Shown: positions 26,161 through 39,507 of the stretch, one piece after another | Numbering within the stretch: the stretch's first letter is position 1 | Layout of the letters: each line of letters starts with the position of its first letter | Assembly: GCF_009914755.1 (NCBI RefSeq) | Contig: NC_060928.1 | Length of the DNA: 64,000 nucleotides | Direction: 5' to 3' (one strand) | Source: the human T2T-CHM13v2.0 reference genome, Homo sapiens | Program-made: the position numbers and the translations under genes | The notes under the pieces: generated by a model | What the model saw: the letters and a program-made list of their open reading frames with translations, nothing else | Told to the model about the DNA's origin: nothing | Database searches by the model: none

Positions 26161-29092
26161 TCAATATGTATAATAATGAAAAGTTAAAATTAGATTGACA
26201 ATTAATAGGAAATCAGTCGAATAAAAGATGATTATTCATGGAAACCATTTAGAATTATGATGGAAATCTGCATTTAATAACAAATTACTTTGCTGATATA
26301 TTATTATCATTTGAAATAGTAAATTATGGAATAGTATGATCTGAAGTTTTGTAGTATTTCCTTATTTACAAACATTAGTTTTTAAATGGATATACAGAAT
26401 TACATTCACTTGTAAGTCTTAATTAGCATTATTTGAATGACAAGGTATGATTATACTCCTTTGTATAATTAAGGTTCCTTCAAGGATTAGAAAAGTTGAT
26501 TGCATTGGTTCAGACTCTCCTTGCAACTTAACTTTATTAAATTTCCAGTTTGACCAATGGAGGCAGTATATTCTGTACTAAATGCATTAGGATTAATTTT
26601 TCAATTTGACTCCGCTATCTACCCACTCTACAGTTATGGCATTCTTCTTAATCTCTATAAGCTTTCATTTTTTTCATTTGTGGAGTAAGGATTAACTAAC
26701 TTTAAAATATAGCAAAATATTGGGACATTTAGAATGTGATAGATAATCCCAAAACCAGAATAAACGTGATAGTGTTTTATTCTAGAGAAATGGAAACTGA
26801 ACTTTAAAAGAAACTCAACACTAGTAAGTGATGAGACTGGAACTTGAATACAAGTCTCCTAAATCTTGTCTGGCACAGTAGCTGCTTTCTGAAGCTAATC
26901 AAAGTGATGCCCTATGTCCTTTCACCTTCACTGGCCCCATCCAAAGCCCTGGGAGTGGTCAAGCAGTGGGTCCACATAATAATGTTATTTATACATTTTG
27001 TGAAAGTATCTTAACTGCAAACATTTTATAATGCTAGGTTTTTTTTTCAACTTTAGCTACCACTCCATTACATTTTCCATGATGTTAGGTGTCAAGTGTC
27101 TTTGGAATGGTCAGGGACATTTTTGGCAATCAGCTAAGGGGTCATCAAGTTGGAAGTACATTTAGTTGGGCTCCAGAAATATATCGATATGATTTGCAGT
27201 CCCCTCTATGAGTAGTTACTGTGGCCATTTGGAAGCAGGAATGGCTTCAGATAATAAACTAATGACCTCTTTTTTTATTCATCACTTATTTAAAATTGTG
27301 CATTTTTTTTCTTCAAAATTATACTGCAAATCATTTCAGGCTCTACAAAACCTGTCTAGTATTCTTTGTTCTACACTATGTTAAAAATAGCTTCAGTGAG
27401 GTCCTTCTCCTTATCTGTTCTTAAATCTAACAAATTAGATATAGAAAACAATCCCTTAATTATTATATATTGGATAACCCTATTTTTACATTACTATCCT
27501 AAGCATCGTGGCTACAAAGAGGAATTCAACAAGATTCCTTCCTTTAAGATATCCAAATCTGAGAGAAAGAGATTTTAAAATAAAATAAAGCAATATAACA
27601 TGATGGATGCTCCAACTGCAATGATATGATCAAAAGTCTATAGGAGCAACATAAAAGGAAGCAGCAAATCTGCCCCAAAAGTTGTGGATGATTCAGAGTG
27701 AATGTCATATAAATTGAGGCAGAATAGGAGCAAAAGCCATTTAAGACAGAAAACAGTATTACCCAAGGCATGAAAGAATTATAAATAGGTGCTTTAAACA
27801 CTGTTTAGGGAAATGGCTGAAAGTTTATAGATTTCTTTCATGAATTAGCTGGTTTATGTTTATTTGTGGTATGTACTAGACCAGACATTGATTCATTATA
27901 CAATTATGATAATATCTATTTTATGATCAACAGGGTATCTAAGGTACTTGCATCTCTTTAAAAGAGAAATAAGAAGTATATATACAGTACAGGGAGGGGA
28001 AAATAAGCTTGTGTTTCTGAACTGTTTCAGTTCAATAATTAAAGGCAATCTCAATACCTGTCTTTGGAGAACCAACCTCTCTAGACAAAAAGACTATTGT
28101 TTCCTGTACCATTGAAATAAAATTTCCAGTTTTCAGGAAACTCAATTGAAATAACTGTAGATTCTATGCTTGGCTAATCAAGAAATGTCATACTGAAACA
28201 ATTTTATGTATTTATTTTGTAACATAAACCAACACGATGTACTTTGCAAATGATATTATGATTTAATTTTAGAAAATCATATTATCTCTTAATAATGAAT
28301 TTTGTCATCTGCTTATGTCACACCTGGAGGCCTACTAGTATTGAAGGTTATATGTTTAAAGTAAGTATTTGAAAACAAAGTCATTTGAAAATGATTTTAT
28401 CTTCATTTATGATTATCATAATTGCATACAACTGATGTTTCTGCCTCATTTACATAATTGTGAACAAGTGACATATTTCTATATTTCATTTGAAATACAT
28501 TCTATTTTTCTATTCTCTAAGTAAATATTTCAATACAAAATTCTTCTTCTATGTCTGTCTATGATGAGATATCAGAAATAGTGGTTATGAACATGGAAAC
28601 TGTTTTTTCTAAATCTTGAGCTTCTAAGCATCGTCAGATTTTCAGTGGCACTACAACAAACATACAAGCTGAATTGCATTTTTTATATATACTTACTTTT
28701 TATGTTGACTTTGTAGCCTTATTTTATGCCAAAACCATTTTATCTATATAAACCTGAATTCTATACCATCATAAATGGTGTAGCTTTTCACAGCAGTGCA
28801 CTTCTGAGTATTCTATCGTCTTTGAAATAGTTACTTTACAAATTAAATGTTTGATATGGTAACTTTAGCTGACTCATGAATGAATTCATGCAAAATTATT
28901 TTAAATTCAAAGTGCAAGTGATTTTTGAAATCCATTTTGGAGATATAAAGCACTATAAAATTTTAAGATAGAGAATCAAGCGTTTCTGCTCTAAGAACTT
29001 CCTTAAACACTGTCACATAAGCTGAACATTGTATCACCAAATTTATTGGGCTCTATTAATATGGTAGAGAACTGATACTGAAGTAGATATAG

Positions 29093-29496
<404 letters not shown>

Positions 29497-29610
29497 AGAA
29501 CTATATTTCTTATATAGTATAACTACACTGAATTTTTTCATGCTATTAAAACATTAGGCTGAATTAAATAAAACACATTTTTCCCCAAATAGTTTTTAAG
29601 ATAAAAATGT

Positions 29611-29848
29611 GAGCCAGGTGCAGTGGCACACGCCTGTAATCCCAGCACTTTGAGAGGCCGAGGCGGGTGGATCACTTGAGGTCAGAAGTTTGAGACGAGC
29701 TTGGCCAACATGGTGAAACCCCATATCTACTAAAAATACAAAAATTAGCCGGGTGTGGTGGCACATGACTGTAGTCCCAGCTACTCAGGAGGCTGAGGCA
29801 GGAGAACCACTTGAACCCGGGAGGTGGAGGTTGCAGTGAGCCGTGATT
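29611..29848 (+). mobile_element. AluS, 3'-truncated (last ~45 nt and tail missing)
   Basis: ends abruptly at gttgcagtgagccgtgatt and joins MLT2 sequence. Confidence 0.92.
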
Positions 29849-30545
29849 GGTTCAGTATTTTCCTGGATATGCCTGTGAGGGTGTATGAGTTCATTCTTAC
29901 GCTGCTATGAAGAAATACTCAAGACTGGATACTTTATAAAGAAAAGAGGTTTAATTGACTCACAGTTCTGCATGGCTGGGGAGGTCTTGGGAACCTTACA
30001 ATCATAGCAGAAGGCACCTCTTCACAGGGTGGCAGGAGAGAGAATGAGTGCCAGCAGGAGAAATGCCAGATGCTTATAAAACCATCAGATCTCGTGGGAC
30101 TCACTCACTATCACGAGAACAGCATGTGGGAAACCGCCCCCATGATCTGATTACCTCCACCTAATCCTGCCCTTGACATGTGGGGATAACCATTCAAGAT
30201 GAAATTTTGGGTAGGGACACAGTCAAACCATATCAGAGGGTATTCCTGGGTGAGAACACATTGGAATCAGTAGACTGAGTAAAGAATTGCCCTTCCTAAT
30301 GTGGGTGGGCCTCATTCCACCAACTGAAGGCCTGAATAGAACCAAAAAGCAAAGTAAAAGAGAATTTGCCCTCTCTGCCTGACTACAGAGCTGGAACATC
30401 AGTCCTCTGCCTTCACACTAGGACTCAGACTAAAACTTACACTATCAACTCTCCTAGTTTTCAGGTGTTCAGACTCAGACTGGAGCTCTACCATTGGCTC
30501 TCCTGGGTCTCCGTTTTGCCAACTGGAGATCCTGGGATTCTGGGA
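29849..30545 (+). mobile_element. MLT2C/D-like ERVL LTR (partial), split by THE1C
   Basis: attttcctggatatgcctgtgaggg|...|tattcctgggtgag...cagtagactgagtaaag...aatgtgggtgggcctcat...gaaggcctgaatagaac. Confidence 0.8.
29882..30235 (-). mobile_element. THE1C-like MaLR solo LTR
   Basis: gaaggcacctcttcacagggtggcaggagagagaatgag...aaaccatatca; perfect 5-bp TSD gaggg (29877-29881, 30236-30240). Confidence 0.93.
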
Positions 30546-30742
30546 GAGATGGGATTTTGTGTAACCTGTCTTAGCTTCCTTGGATTTGGGGCCTTAACAA
30601 TACATGGTAATAAATCTTGTATTTGCTTGCCTTTATCTTTTCTGTATGCTTATCTCTCAGAAGGCTTACCTAATAAATTGTCTAGTCCAGTTCAAAAATG
30701 TTTATTTATATTTCAGTTGAGCATTATTGGTGCAATTATTAG

Positions 30743-31674
30743 TTAACTTAAAAAAAATCATAAGCTATAAGTTTAGAAAGAGGAAAGGAGGCTTTATTTC
30801 TTATAAAGGGCTACAGCCTGCATAGTGGCCATTCCACAGGTTGGAAAACATACCTTTAGCCAAGACCAGAGACACAGCCCTTGGAAGGAGAAGGTGTTAG
30901 GGTAGAAGCTATATGCTGAACAGGTTGGCCAAACATGCATATTCAATAGGGTACAGGAGGAGCTATGTATATTCATAAAGGTGGTCCTGACACATGCTTA
31001 TTGAACAAACCTGCATGTAACATATGACCCCTGTTCATTTTAGGTTAGAGACTCAGCTCTTAGATGTATTAGGCCCTATATTTTAAAAGGTATTTTTAGG
31101 ACACAAAGACATGCAAGTGCATAGCCTGTGTAAACCAGCCAGAACTAGCCCATGGTTGATGGTCTCCTTTCCAGGGGAAAGTTATTAATATCAATCTCTT
31201 ATCCAGTCAGAGCTGTAGTTATGGCTGGTAGAACAGGGGTTTTGTTAGTGTCTGCCAGTGGATGTGCTGCATTTGTTTCAATATTGCTTATCTTGAGGCC
31301 AGTGCTTGTTTTGCGGTTAGAAAAAAAGAAAAAATCTTGTGGCAGTTACAACATAGTTTATTCTTTAAGTGTAGGGGTAGGTGACTTAACTCTTGCCGGG
31401 CATGGCCTTAGGTCCTATTTATAATTTGGTGTCTTATTGTTACAAAGAGTCTGCTTTGTCAGTCTTATAATTTCTATTTTAACATTAAAGCTCCTCACTT
31501 GTTGTGTCTAAACCACAAAAGGGAGAGGGTATAGCGAGGCCTGTTTGACCTCCTGTCCTGTTATGGCCAAAAACTCAGTTTAAAGGTTTGTTCTGGGGTT
31601 GCCTTGGCCAAGAGGTTGTCCATTTGGTCAGTGAGTAGGTGGGGGGCAGCCTTAGATTTTATGTTTAATTTGCA
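30743..31674 (-). mobile_element. MER4-group ERV1 solo LTR (MER49-like, ~930 bp)
   Basis: ttgtggcagttacaacatagtttattctttaagtgtaggggt..., gttgtgtctaaaccacaaaagggag, cttggccaagagg...cttagattttat. Confidence 0.75.
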
Positions 31675-32524
31675 TGCTACTGTAGGTGAATAAACCATGG
31701 AGTTTTAAGAATACTGTGTATGAATAAGCCTAAGTCTCAGAAAATGATGACAATTCACTCCGGATGATTTAAATTAAAAAGATCTAGCAGAACATGTCAT
31801 TTCTTCCCACATTCTACTGGTCAAGTCAGGTTACACAGCAAAACCTGAAATGAATAGTGTCTGAAAATATACTCTACCATTGGGGAAATGTGTCAAGGGT
31901 AAAGAGGAAAATATAAATAAGGATGCAAATGACTACAAACAGTGCCCACCTATTTTTTCTATGTACAATTATAAACAAGTCAATGACTTGTAAATATGAG
32001 CTGATGCCTGTTGCCAAGAGTTTCTTTCTGGCACATGTACCAAGAATTGAAACTGTTTGACTGTCATGTGTATATTTCAACATCACAAAGTAGTGTTGAT
32101 TGATTTGTTTTCCAGAATGGTTTTACCAATATACATCTTTTATGTCTGCCTGGAGTTTTTGTCAAACATCAGGGCAAAAATGACATGCTATTTCTTATTT
32201 TACTTGAATTTTCCATGAGTATGTATTCAGGTTGATCATTTTTTTTCAAATACATATTGCCCTTCTGACAAATTGATTGAAAATCAAATATGCTAGAAAG
32301 TAAAGAAGTTTCTTCAAAGAGTGAAAAAAATAAGACTTTATAAGCAATTTTAAACAGCTGACTATATTGTTGGCATCTAGTTTTATACATTTTGTAAATA
32401 ATCAAACCCTTCCTAATGGTAAAAGAGTGGAGGCTCTGAGTAATTTGGCTATATCATTCTCGAGGAAAAAAAAATCAGGCACTGAATTTGCTTATTGCCT
32501 GGTAGTAGTTGATATTTCATCCCT

Positions 32525-33640
32525 CATTGATTCATCCCCAAAATACTCATTGAGCTCCCACTATGTGCCCATCAAGTTCTAACTGCTAAAAAAACAGCAG
32601 TGAACAAGTAAATAACACAACCAAGCAGGATAACTTAAAGCCAAATAGATTTTAACATATAGTATGTAGAGGTGATAACTATTCTGGAAAAAAGATCTAA
32701 AAAAAGGAGATAAGGATTTTGGGGTTAGAGATGGGAGTAGAGACTCACAAATTAAATAGGCTGTCAGGGACAGCCTGATGACCTCAATGAAACCCTTGAA
32801 GAAGGTGAAGGGGTGAACAATTTAAAGATATGAAGAAAGAACTTTTCAAAAGTAGAAACAGTGCGAGGACCCTGAGGTGTAAATGTACCTGGTGTGGTCA
32901 AAGAATAGTAGGGTTGGAGCACAGGGGTAGAAGAGAAGAACCGTAGATGATGAGATTAAGGATATAATGATGATTAGATTCCAGTGAAGTATTTAATCTG
33001 GGTCATACTCATAGACTGAGTGAGATGGGAAGACTTTGGAACATTTTCAGCAAAGGAGTGAACTTATTTGATTTAAATGTTAACAGCATCTTTCTGGCTG
33101 CTGAGACGGACTATAGAATTACAAGGGTAGAAGCAAAAAGACCAGTTAGAATCATATTATGATAATGCAGGTGCATGATGAAGATGGTATGGACTAGTGG
33201 CAACAGTGGTGGTGGTGAGGAGTGGTCAAATAATAAAAATGTTCTGGAGGGAAAACCAACCTGATTTTCTAATGGCTTGAATATAAGGCATGATAAGTGT
33301 GAAGAAGCTAAAGGATAATGCTATGTGTTTCTGCCTGAGCAAATGCAATAACAGAATTGTCTATAATGAATAAAGGAAATGTTGAAAGAGAAGGACATTT
33401 AGGTAGAGATACTATGAGTTTGTTTTTATGTATTATAATTAAAATACCTGTTGAATATTTAGATAAAGATACAGTCGAGAGTTGGTTATATGCCATTTGA
33501 ATTTTAGGGCACCATCCAGGATTGAGTTAAATAGAAAAGGGTTTCAAGGACTCTACCATGAAGCATTTTAAGAGGTTCAGAAGAGGAACTGAGAAAGAAA
33601 ATAGGGATGCAATAGCTAGTGAGATAATGGGACATTCATT
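32525..33640 (-). mobile_element. L2a relic
   Basis: attgagctcccactatgtgcc, cagcagtgaacaa, gtgagatgggaagactttgga, atctttctggctgctg, gggtagaagcaaaaagaccagttag. Confidence 0.75.
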
Positions 33641-34356
33641 AAATTTTACTGAGACTTTTTAAGTTTGTTGAAAGGCCAAGTAGTGATGTCATGGTTAAAA
33701 TAATCTAATTTCCAGTTGCTTTCAGAATCAGTGTTTATTATTTATCCTAAGAGTCCAGAAAACTCTCTCCCCTACACAACTTTATCCTACCTAATTATGT
33801 ATTATACTTGCATCTCTTCTACTTCATCCTTCTCTTCCACTTCCTCTGTCACTACTCAGTAAAGTGATGCCTTTCTGTCTTTTGTTTATTATGTCTTTTT
33901 CCAGCTCTGACAAATTCTTTCAAAAAGTTATTCATTTGCGCTTATCATAAGGTAGCCAAGGTTAATAACTTCTTTAAAGCAATTCTAGAGTTCTTTTTAT
34001 TTACACAGGAACATACACACCACAGCAGCACACATTTAATTCCATACTTTATTTTTAATCTACTAGTTTAGGTTTCCTAAAGACAATTTGCCTCTCCAGC
34101 ATGATAGAAAGGACCACTGCTTTGCTTTGCCTTAAGAAAGTATAGTAACATTACTTTGAATTAAATGAAATCTCTTTGCCTCACTGCTCATCCACGGCCT
34201 GCACATGAGCTTCACATGTGTTATTTTAGTGTGTGGCTTTTCACAATTTATTATATAGATAAATGGCCTTGAGTTCCTGTTTACTATTACTGTTTAGCCC
34301 CAAGAGCTGACAAAACGATGACCATTTGTTCACCTTCAATCTCCAATCTTTCTCTC

Positions 34357-34445
34357 ATTTTATTTCCCTCCTCAACGCTACTCTTACATTCAATATAGGA
34401 GTTGGATTTTATTTCCCTCCACAACTCTACTCTTATACTCAATAT
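34357..34445. repeat. Imperfect 40-bp direct repeat with 9-bp spacer
   Basis: attttatttccctcctcaacgctactcttacattcaatat (34357-34396) vs attttatttccctccacaactctactcttatactcaatat (34406-34445), 4 mismatches. Confidence 0.9.
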
Positions 34446-36060
34446 TCAAACATATTTTTATTAGGGATACCCCATTATTAAAGTCTAAAATTAGTAAAGT
34501 AGAGGTAAAAAGGTATTTTCAGTAATTTTTATATAAAATTTTTAAAATACTTGCATACATATCATGTTATTGCTTAGATATTTAAGTGGACCAAGATTTC
34601 TCAGTCTTTTGGCCCAGGGACATAGACACATTCATTTATTTTCCTCGGTCACTTATTATGAGATTCTATGAGACTAGAATTCTTTATCAGAACATAATCT
34701 GTTACCTGAATTTGAGAGAATCACGATCAGTTACCTTGTCCTCTGTTTTTTCCCCTAAGTTTTAATTCAAGGATAACGATCAAAGTGCAGGTGGTTTCCT
34801 GTAGATTAATGATCATTCAGGAGAAATCCGTGTCCCTGGGACAAATGTCTAATCATTAATCCTATAGAAATGTAAGGTACATAACACATTATCATCACCA
34901 TCAACTGGCAATTCTTTTTTCGCTCAAGTAATTGCTTACTTTATTTCAAGCTGATGAAAGCTCTAAGGTGGATATTTTGTAGGCAGACGAGCTCTGTTAA
35001 TTTACTAACCAAAGAAATATCAGATAAGGAAAAAAAATCCTGACCAGTGAGTTGTATAAATTTGACTCAAAGGAAAGGAGTTTTAAATTCAGGTAAGTAC
35101 ACTGTTGAAGGAGAGCATGTTAAATGTTCTCTATTGCCTGCCAGGCTTGTATGTTTGGGGTCGCTGCTTATTTTTTAATGAATGTGTTGTTTGTCAAAAA
35201 ATATTTTGATTCTTTATTAGATTTTATCAGATTAACTATATCTAATTTATAATGCCCTAAAATGGCAAATTTACTTTGGGAATAAGCTTAGGTCAACTTT
35301 ACAAGGAACAGGCCCTTTTTCTGGGTGGCTGGTCAGTTGATGTCCTGAAATTAGAAGTGAAATCAAACTTTCACATCATAACACAAATATTTTCAAATAA
35401 AAATATAAGGGTACATGTGGAAAACCACTCCATGCTTTCTTTTATCCACCATGCAGCTACTGAATACCTAGTAAGTTCTAGGCACTCTTCTAGACACAGG
35501 GAAGATGGCTGTGAAAAAGAAAGTCACTAATGTCCTCTGCTGTGTACATCATTGTTAAAAACAATGGCTTAAATAATAAACACATTAATAACGTAGAAAA
35601 CACTGCAAGGGAATGAAAAGTTCCATATGTCAAATCAAAGTGCCATGTATAAAACCAAATCAGGAAGTGATTTATGGTGGAGTGCAATCCTAGATAGGTG
35701 GATGAGAAAGGGTTTTCTGAGATGACGTTTGAGTATTCCTAAAGGATGTGAATGAGCAGGCCATGTAAAGGTATGAAGTAAAAGGTTTCAGGAAGATGGA
35801 GCAACAAGTACAAAAGCCCTAAGATGATAAAATATTTGGCATAGTCAATGAATAAAAAAATAATGTTAGCCAGTTGGAGCAGAGTAAGCAAGGGGAGCGT
35901 GTTGGAGATGACTTTGGATGGACAGACTGTGGAAGATTATTTAAACCCTTGGACACCACAGTAAGAGTTTGATTCTTCTTCTGCGTCTTATGGGGAGCCA
36001 TTAGAGAGTTTTCTGTAGGGTACAACAGAAAATCTTTTTAAAAAATATTTTTCTGGCTGC

Positions 36061-37045
36061 TGACAAAGATTGTCTCCTTGTCTAAACTCTAGTCAGGCTC
36101 CTCTGAGTCCCCTTCTTGAGTAAGCCTCAACCTTGGCCTATTAAACTACAGACTCTCAGCACAAATGATTTTGTCCACACCTTGCCTCCCCTAACCCACA
36201 CACACATACACACACACTAAGAGACATGAACAAACACAAGCACAATTTCTGGTAGTTCAAGATATGTCCTTAGGAGGACAAAGTGAGCTCCCTTAAGCAC
36301 CCTGTGGGAAAACTAAGTTTGCTAAAAGAATATAAAGTTTGTTCCAGCTAACACCTGAAGACAGGGTCCTTGTCTCAGCTTCTGTGGAAGAGCAGCAGCC
36401 TAACTCTACAATAAAGAGCCAGTTCGCAAATGCACATGGCCTAATCACATTGGTGAACCCCTGCTTTTTGCTTTTTTAAAATTCCCATTTTCGGCCAGGC
36501 GTGGTGGCTCAGGCTTGTAATCCCAGCAATTTGGGAGACTGAGGCGGGTGGATCACAGGTCAGGAGATGGAGACCATCCTGGCTAACGCGGTGAAACCCA
36601 TCTCTACTAAAAATACACAAAAAGTAGCCGGGCGTGGTGTCAGGCGCCTGTAGTCCCAGCTATTTGGGAGGCTGAAGCAGGAGAATCACTTCAACCCGGG
36701 AGGCAGAGGTTGCAGTAAGCCGAGATCATACCACTGCACTCCAGCCTGGGCGACAGAGCAGGACTCTGTCCCAAAAATAAATAAATAAATAAATAAATTA
36801 ATTAATTAATTAATTTAATTTAATTAAAAATAAAAATACCATTTTCCTGATGCTGCTCAGGCCCCAGCAGAGACATTGCTGTTGCTGTTCCCTATTCCCT
36901 CATTCTTCCTTTAAAATGTCTAGTCATTTTTGCACAAATCCAAGTTGAGTTCAGCTTATGCTGTACTCTCTTCCTTGTTGCAATAGTAATTACTGCATAA
37001 ATCTATCCTTACCACCTTAGTGTCTGGCTCTGTTTATCTCTGACA
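36061..37045 (+). mobile_element. MER67-family ERV1 solo LTR containing an Alu
   Basis: tgacaaagattgtctccttgtctaaactctagtcaggctcctctgag... to ...tgtttatctctgaca. Confidence 0.78.
36493..36831 (+). mobile_element. AluSc/Y-like with (AAAT)n/(AATT)n tail
   Basis: gagaccatcctggctaac; TSD aaaattcccattttc (36478-36492) / aaaaataccattttc (36832-36846). Confidence 0.93.
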
Positions 37046-37330
37046 TTGTTTGAAGGACAAAATAACTGTAAGGAAGTAAGCATTGCATTAGACACAACAA
37101 GAAGCTGATGAGGTAGTCTAAGAAAGACTGATAAAAGTTATAATAGTACAAGTGGTGGAAAGGCTCTAGATCTTGATGTATGTTAAAGAAAAAACGGACA
37201 GAATTTGATGATGAATTGGATAAGAAAAAAGTTCATGCTTTTATTTTTTACATATTTTTATTGTCCATAGAATTTTTGCACTGAATAGAAAATATTACTT
37301 TTAATTTTGTTAAAGTATAATTTACATGAC

Positions 37331-37630
<300 letters not shown>

Positions 37631-37671
37631 TTACATGACATTTTAATAAATAAATGTATAACCCACATTCC

Positions 37672-37977
<306 letters not shown>

Positions 37978-38227
37978 TAGAAACATTTCTATCACCCTTA
38001 TATGTTCCTTTGTGCTCCTTGTCTTCCCCAGCTCCCACCCCAAACAAGTAGACAACCACTTTTCTAATTTCTTTCACTATTTATTAGGTTTACCTCTCTT
38101 AGAACTTCATATGAATTGAATCATAAAGTAGATACTCTTTTATATGTTTTCTTTCATTGAGCATAATTTTTTGAGATTCATCCATGCTGTTTTATGTTTT
38201 AGTAGTATATTTGATTTTATTGCTGAG

Positions 38228-38602
38228 TGTTATAGACTAAATATGCATTTCCCTCCAAAGGGCATGTGTGGTGGACTTACACCCCAGGGTCATGGGATTA
38301 GGAAGCAGGACCTTTGCAAAGGAATTAGGTTTAAATAAAATCATTGAGAGTGAAGCCCCCATGATGGGATTAGTACCCTTATAAGAGAAAGAAACCTCAG
38401 AACTTCCTCTTTCTTCCATGTGAAAAAATACAGCAAGAAGGCAGACATCTTCGAGCCAGGAAGAGGACCTTTTCTGAAAACTCAACCATGCTGCCATCCT
38501 GATCTTCATCTTTCCAGACTAGAGAACTGGGATAAATACGATCTCTGTTGTTGTAAGTCAGCTAGTCTATGGCCTTTTGTTATAGCAGCCTGAACTAAGA
38601 TG
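38228..38602 (+). mobile_element. MLT1A/MSTD-like MaLR solo LTR
   Basis: gcccccatgatgggattagtacccttataagaga...ttgttatagcagcctgaactaaga; TSD ctgag/ctggg. Confidence 0.82.
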
Positions 38603-39160
38603 CTGGGTCTAATTACATGGTATGGATTTAACACAATGTGTTTATCCATTCTTTCTTTGACAGACATTTAAATTGTTTCTAGTATGGGCTTAATATGAAT
38701 AAAGATGTTATAAACACGTTGTATAAGTATTTTCTTGTACATGTTTTAATTTTTCCTTTGTAAATATATAGATGTGGAGTTGTCAGGTCATAGGGCAAAC
38801 ATACATTTAACTATATGAGAAACTATCAGAATTATTTCCTAAGTGGTTGTATTGTCACTCACCAGCTATGTATGAAAGTTTCAGTTGTTTCACATACACA
38901 AACACCTGATATTGCCAGATCTTCGAATTTTAGCCATTCTTTTAGGTGAGAAGGATTATCTTATTGTGGTTTTAATTTGCATTTCAGTGATGACTAATGT
39001 TGAGCATTTTTTTCATGTGCTTTGAGACATTCATATTCCTTTCATTTGTGCCCACTTATATCTGTTGCATATTTACTCAGTTGTTGTCTTTTTAGCATTG
39101 AATTGTGGGTTATTTACATATTCAGAATAAAATCTTTAATCACATATATATACTCTAGCC

Positions 39161-39507
39161 CAAGGGCCCCCAACCCCCAAGGCCGCAGACTGGAACTTGT
39201 TCGTGGCCTGTTAGGAACTGGGCCGCACAGCAGGCGGTGAGCCATGGGCGAGCAAGCATTACCACCTGAGCTCTGCCTCCTGACAGATCAGCGGTGGCAT
39301 TAGATGCTCATACGAGAGTGCACACTCTTGTGAACTGCACATGTGAGGGATGTAGGTTGCGCGCTCCTTATGAGAATCTAACTAATGCCTGAAGATCTGA
39401 AGTGGAACAGTTTCATCCCTTAACCATCCCTCCCCCACTATCACTCTCATGGAAAAAGTACATTTCACAAAACTGGCCACTAGTGCCAGAAAGGTTGAGG
39501 ACGGCTG
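39161..39507 (+). mobile_element. MER1B hAT-Charlie MITE
   Basis: TIRs caagggcccccaacc / ggttgaggacggctg; perfect 8-bp TSD ctctagcc (39153-39160, 39508-39515). Confidence 0.93.

Larger units (their letters stand above)
35435..37225 (-). mobile_element. L2 relic interrupted by the MER67 LTR (pieces ~35435-36060 and ~37046-37225)
   Basis: tactgaatacctag...ctaggcactcttctagacac, tggggagccattagagagtttt, tctggctgc. Confidence 0.65.
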
